Shown piece by piece: positions 62,948 to 64,000 of a DNA stretch of 64,000 bases. Location: the NCBI RefSeq assembly GCF_009914755.1, contig NC_060926.1. The stretch is one strand, 5' to 3'. This DNA comes from the human T2T-CHM13v2.0 reference genome, Homo sapiens. Made by a program: the position numbers and the translations under genes. Below the pieces are notes generated by a model that was given only the letters and a program-made list of their open reading frames with translations, made no database searches and was not told where the DNA came from. Positions within the stretch are counted from its first letter, which is position 1; each line of letters starts with the position of its first letter.

Positions 62948-64000
62948 GTCTTCCATTGTCACCTGGGTAGACAGTGGGCAGAACAGTGCCTATAGCAGAA
63001 CAGGCACTCAGGGAAGGTTAGCAGTTTTATGCCTAATTTCTTTTTAATTTCCTATATATTTTCACAAAATGATAATGACTCCAGCTAATTAGTCTAAAGG
63101 TTGACAAGGGAGTTTGAAGGTCATTTTTTTCTTGACTATTCAAGATATGATATCACTTTTGCCACAGCCATTTCTGTATGGAGTCGCCTTCAGACTGAAC
63201 GTACTTAAGTAATCATTTTGTTTGCCGTATGTTGATAAAATTTGAATAGTGTTTTTCACTCCATATTTTAAGCAAAGCAGAGGTTCCATTTAGAGCCAAT
63301 GATGCCTCGTGAGAGGTTTCTCATGCCTTCCAAGCCCACAGCCTTCAATCTGTTCTCATGAAGAATTTACGGACCCAGGTGGTACTTCATGAATGGGAAC
63401 TCGGGTGGCTGCAAAGGAATCTCTTATAGATTTGGCGAGGCAACTTACACAATCTAAGTGAATTTTGTTCCTATATTAGTGAGTGAGTTCTCATGAGATC
63501 TGATGGCTTTTATTAGGGATAATAACAGGCATTCCTTTTGTTGGAAGAAAAGAGAGTTGTCAAGGTTCAACAAAAAGGACACATTTTTACTTATGCTTTC
63601 TGGAATTCTTTAACAGGGATCCAGCAACCACCAGTGTGCTGTGCCGGCATTCAGGCACATCCGGGGTTTGCAGAAAATGCTGCAGTAGATGATGAGTGTG
63701 CACATTTGTGCTTGGGACAGTCCTGGGAGTTGAGGTGGGTGACAGGGGTTGGATGTCCCTGAGTAGGGATGCCAGGAAGCTGGGTGCCTGAAGGAAGGTT
63801 GATGGACTCCGAACCCTGTGTCCTTCTCACCACGTTTCCCTGCCTCCTGCTTCACAAAATAGAGGCAGTTAATCAAAATGTGTAACTCTTTTTACCAAGT
63901 TAAATTATATTTTCATTTGGATTTTGATGTCAATGATGACTTAGTATCTGACTGATCTGTAATTGCCCCTGGGGCCATTATTTCAGTCTTGCTGCTCTAT

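Overview
Primate (simian, very probably human) non-coding genomic DNA dominated by transposable elements. I can support no protein-coding gene, RNA gene or CRISPR array; the ORF-track entries are chance ORFs or retroelement remnants. The main feature is a near full-length HERV-L provirus (50149-56711, + strand) with two MLT2A LTRs, a 5-bp TSD, a tRNA-Leu PBS, decayed gag/pro/RT/RNaseH/IN and a still-open 174-codon dUTPase-like frame. The window is rich in ERVL/MaLR LTRs: four solo THE1 LTRs, a complete THE1 element split by a MER11 (HML-8) solo LTR, MSTA, MLT1A/B/C, MLT2, and LTR18-like and MER54-like LTRs. Several carry DUX4-type motifs. It also holds L1s (one with a twin-priming inversion, one with a fold-back hairpin), an ancient L3/CR1 split by younger insertions, L2, MIR, Alu and hAT MER elements. 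Non-repeat stretches contain candidate regulatory elements: a nested TAATTA palindrome cluster, an AP-1/ETS cluster, and an octamer palindrome next to a G4/GC-box. I found no convincing new biological system. Family and subfamily names come from recalled consensus sequences and need RepeatMasker/Dfam confirmation; boundaries without a TSD are approximate.
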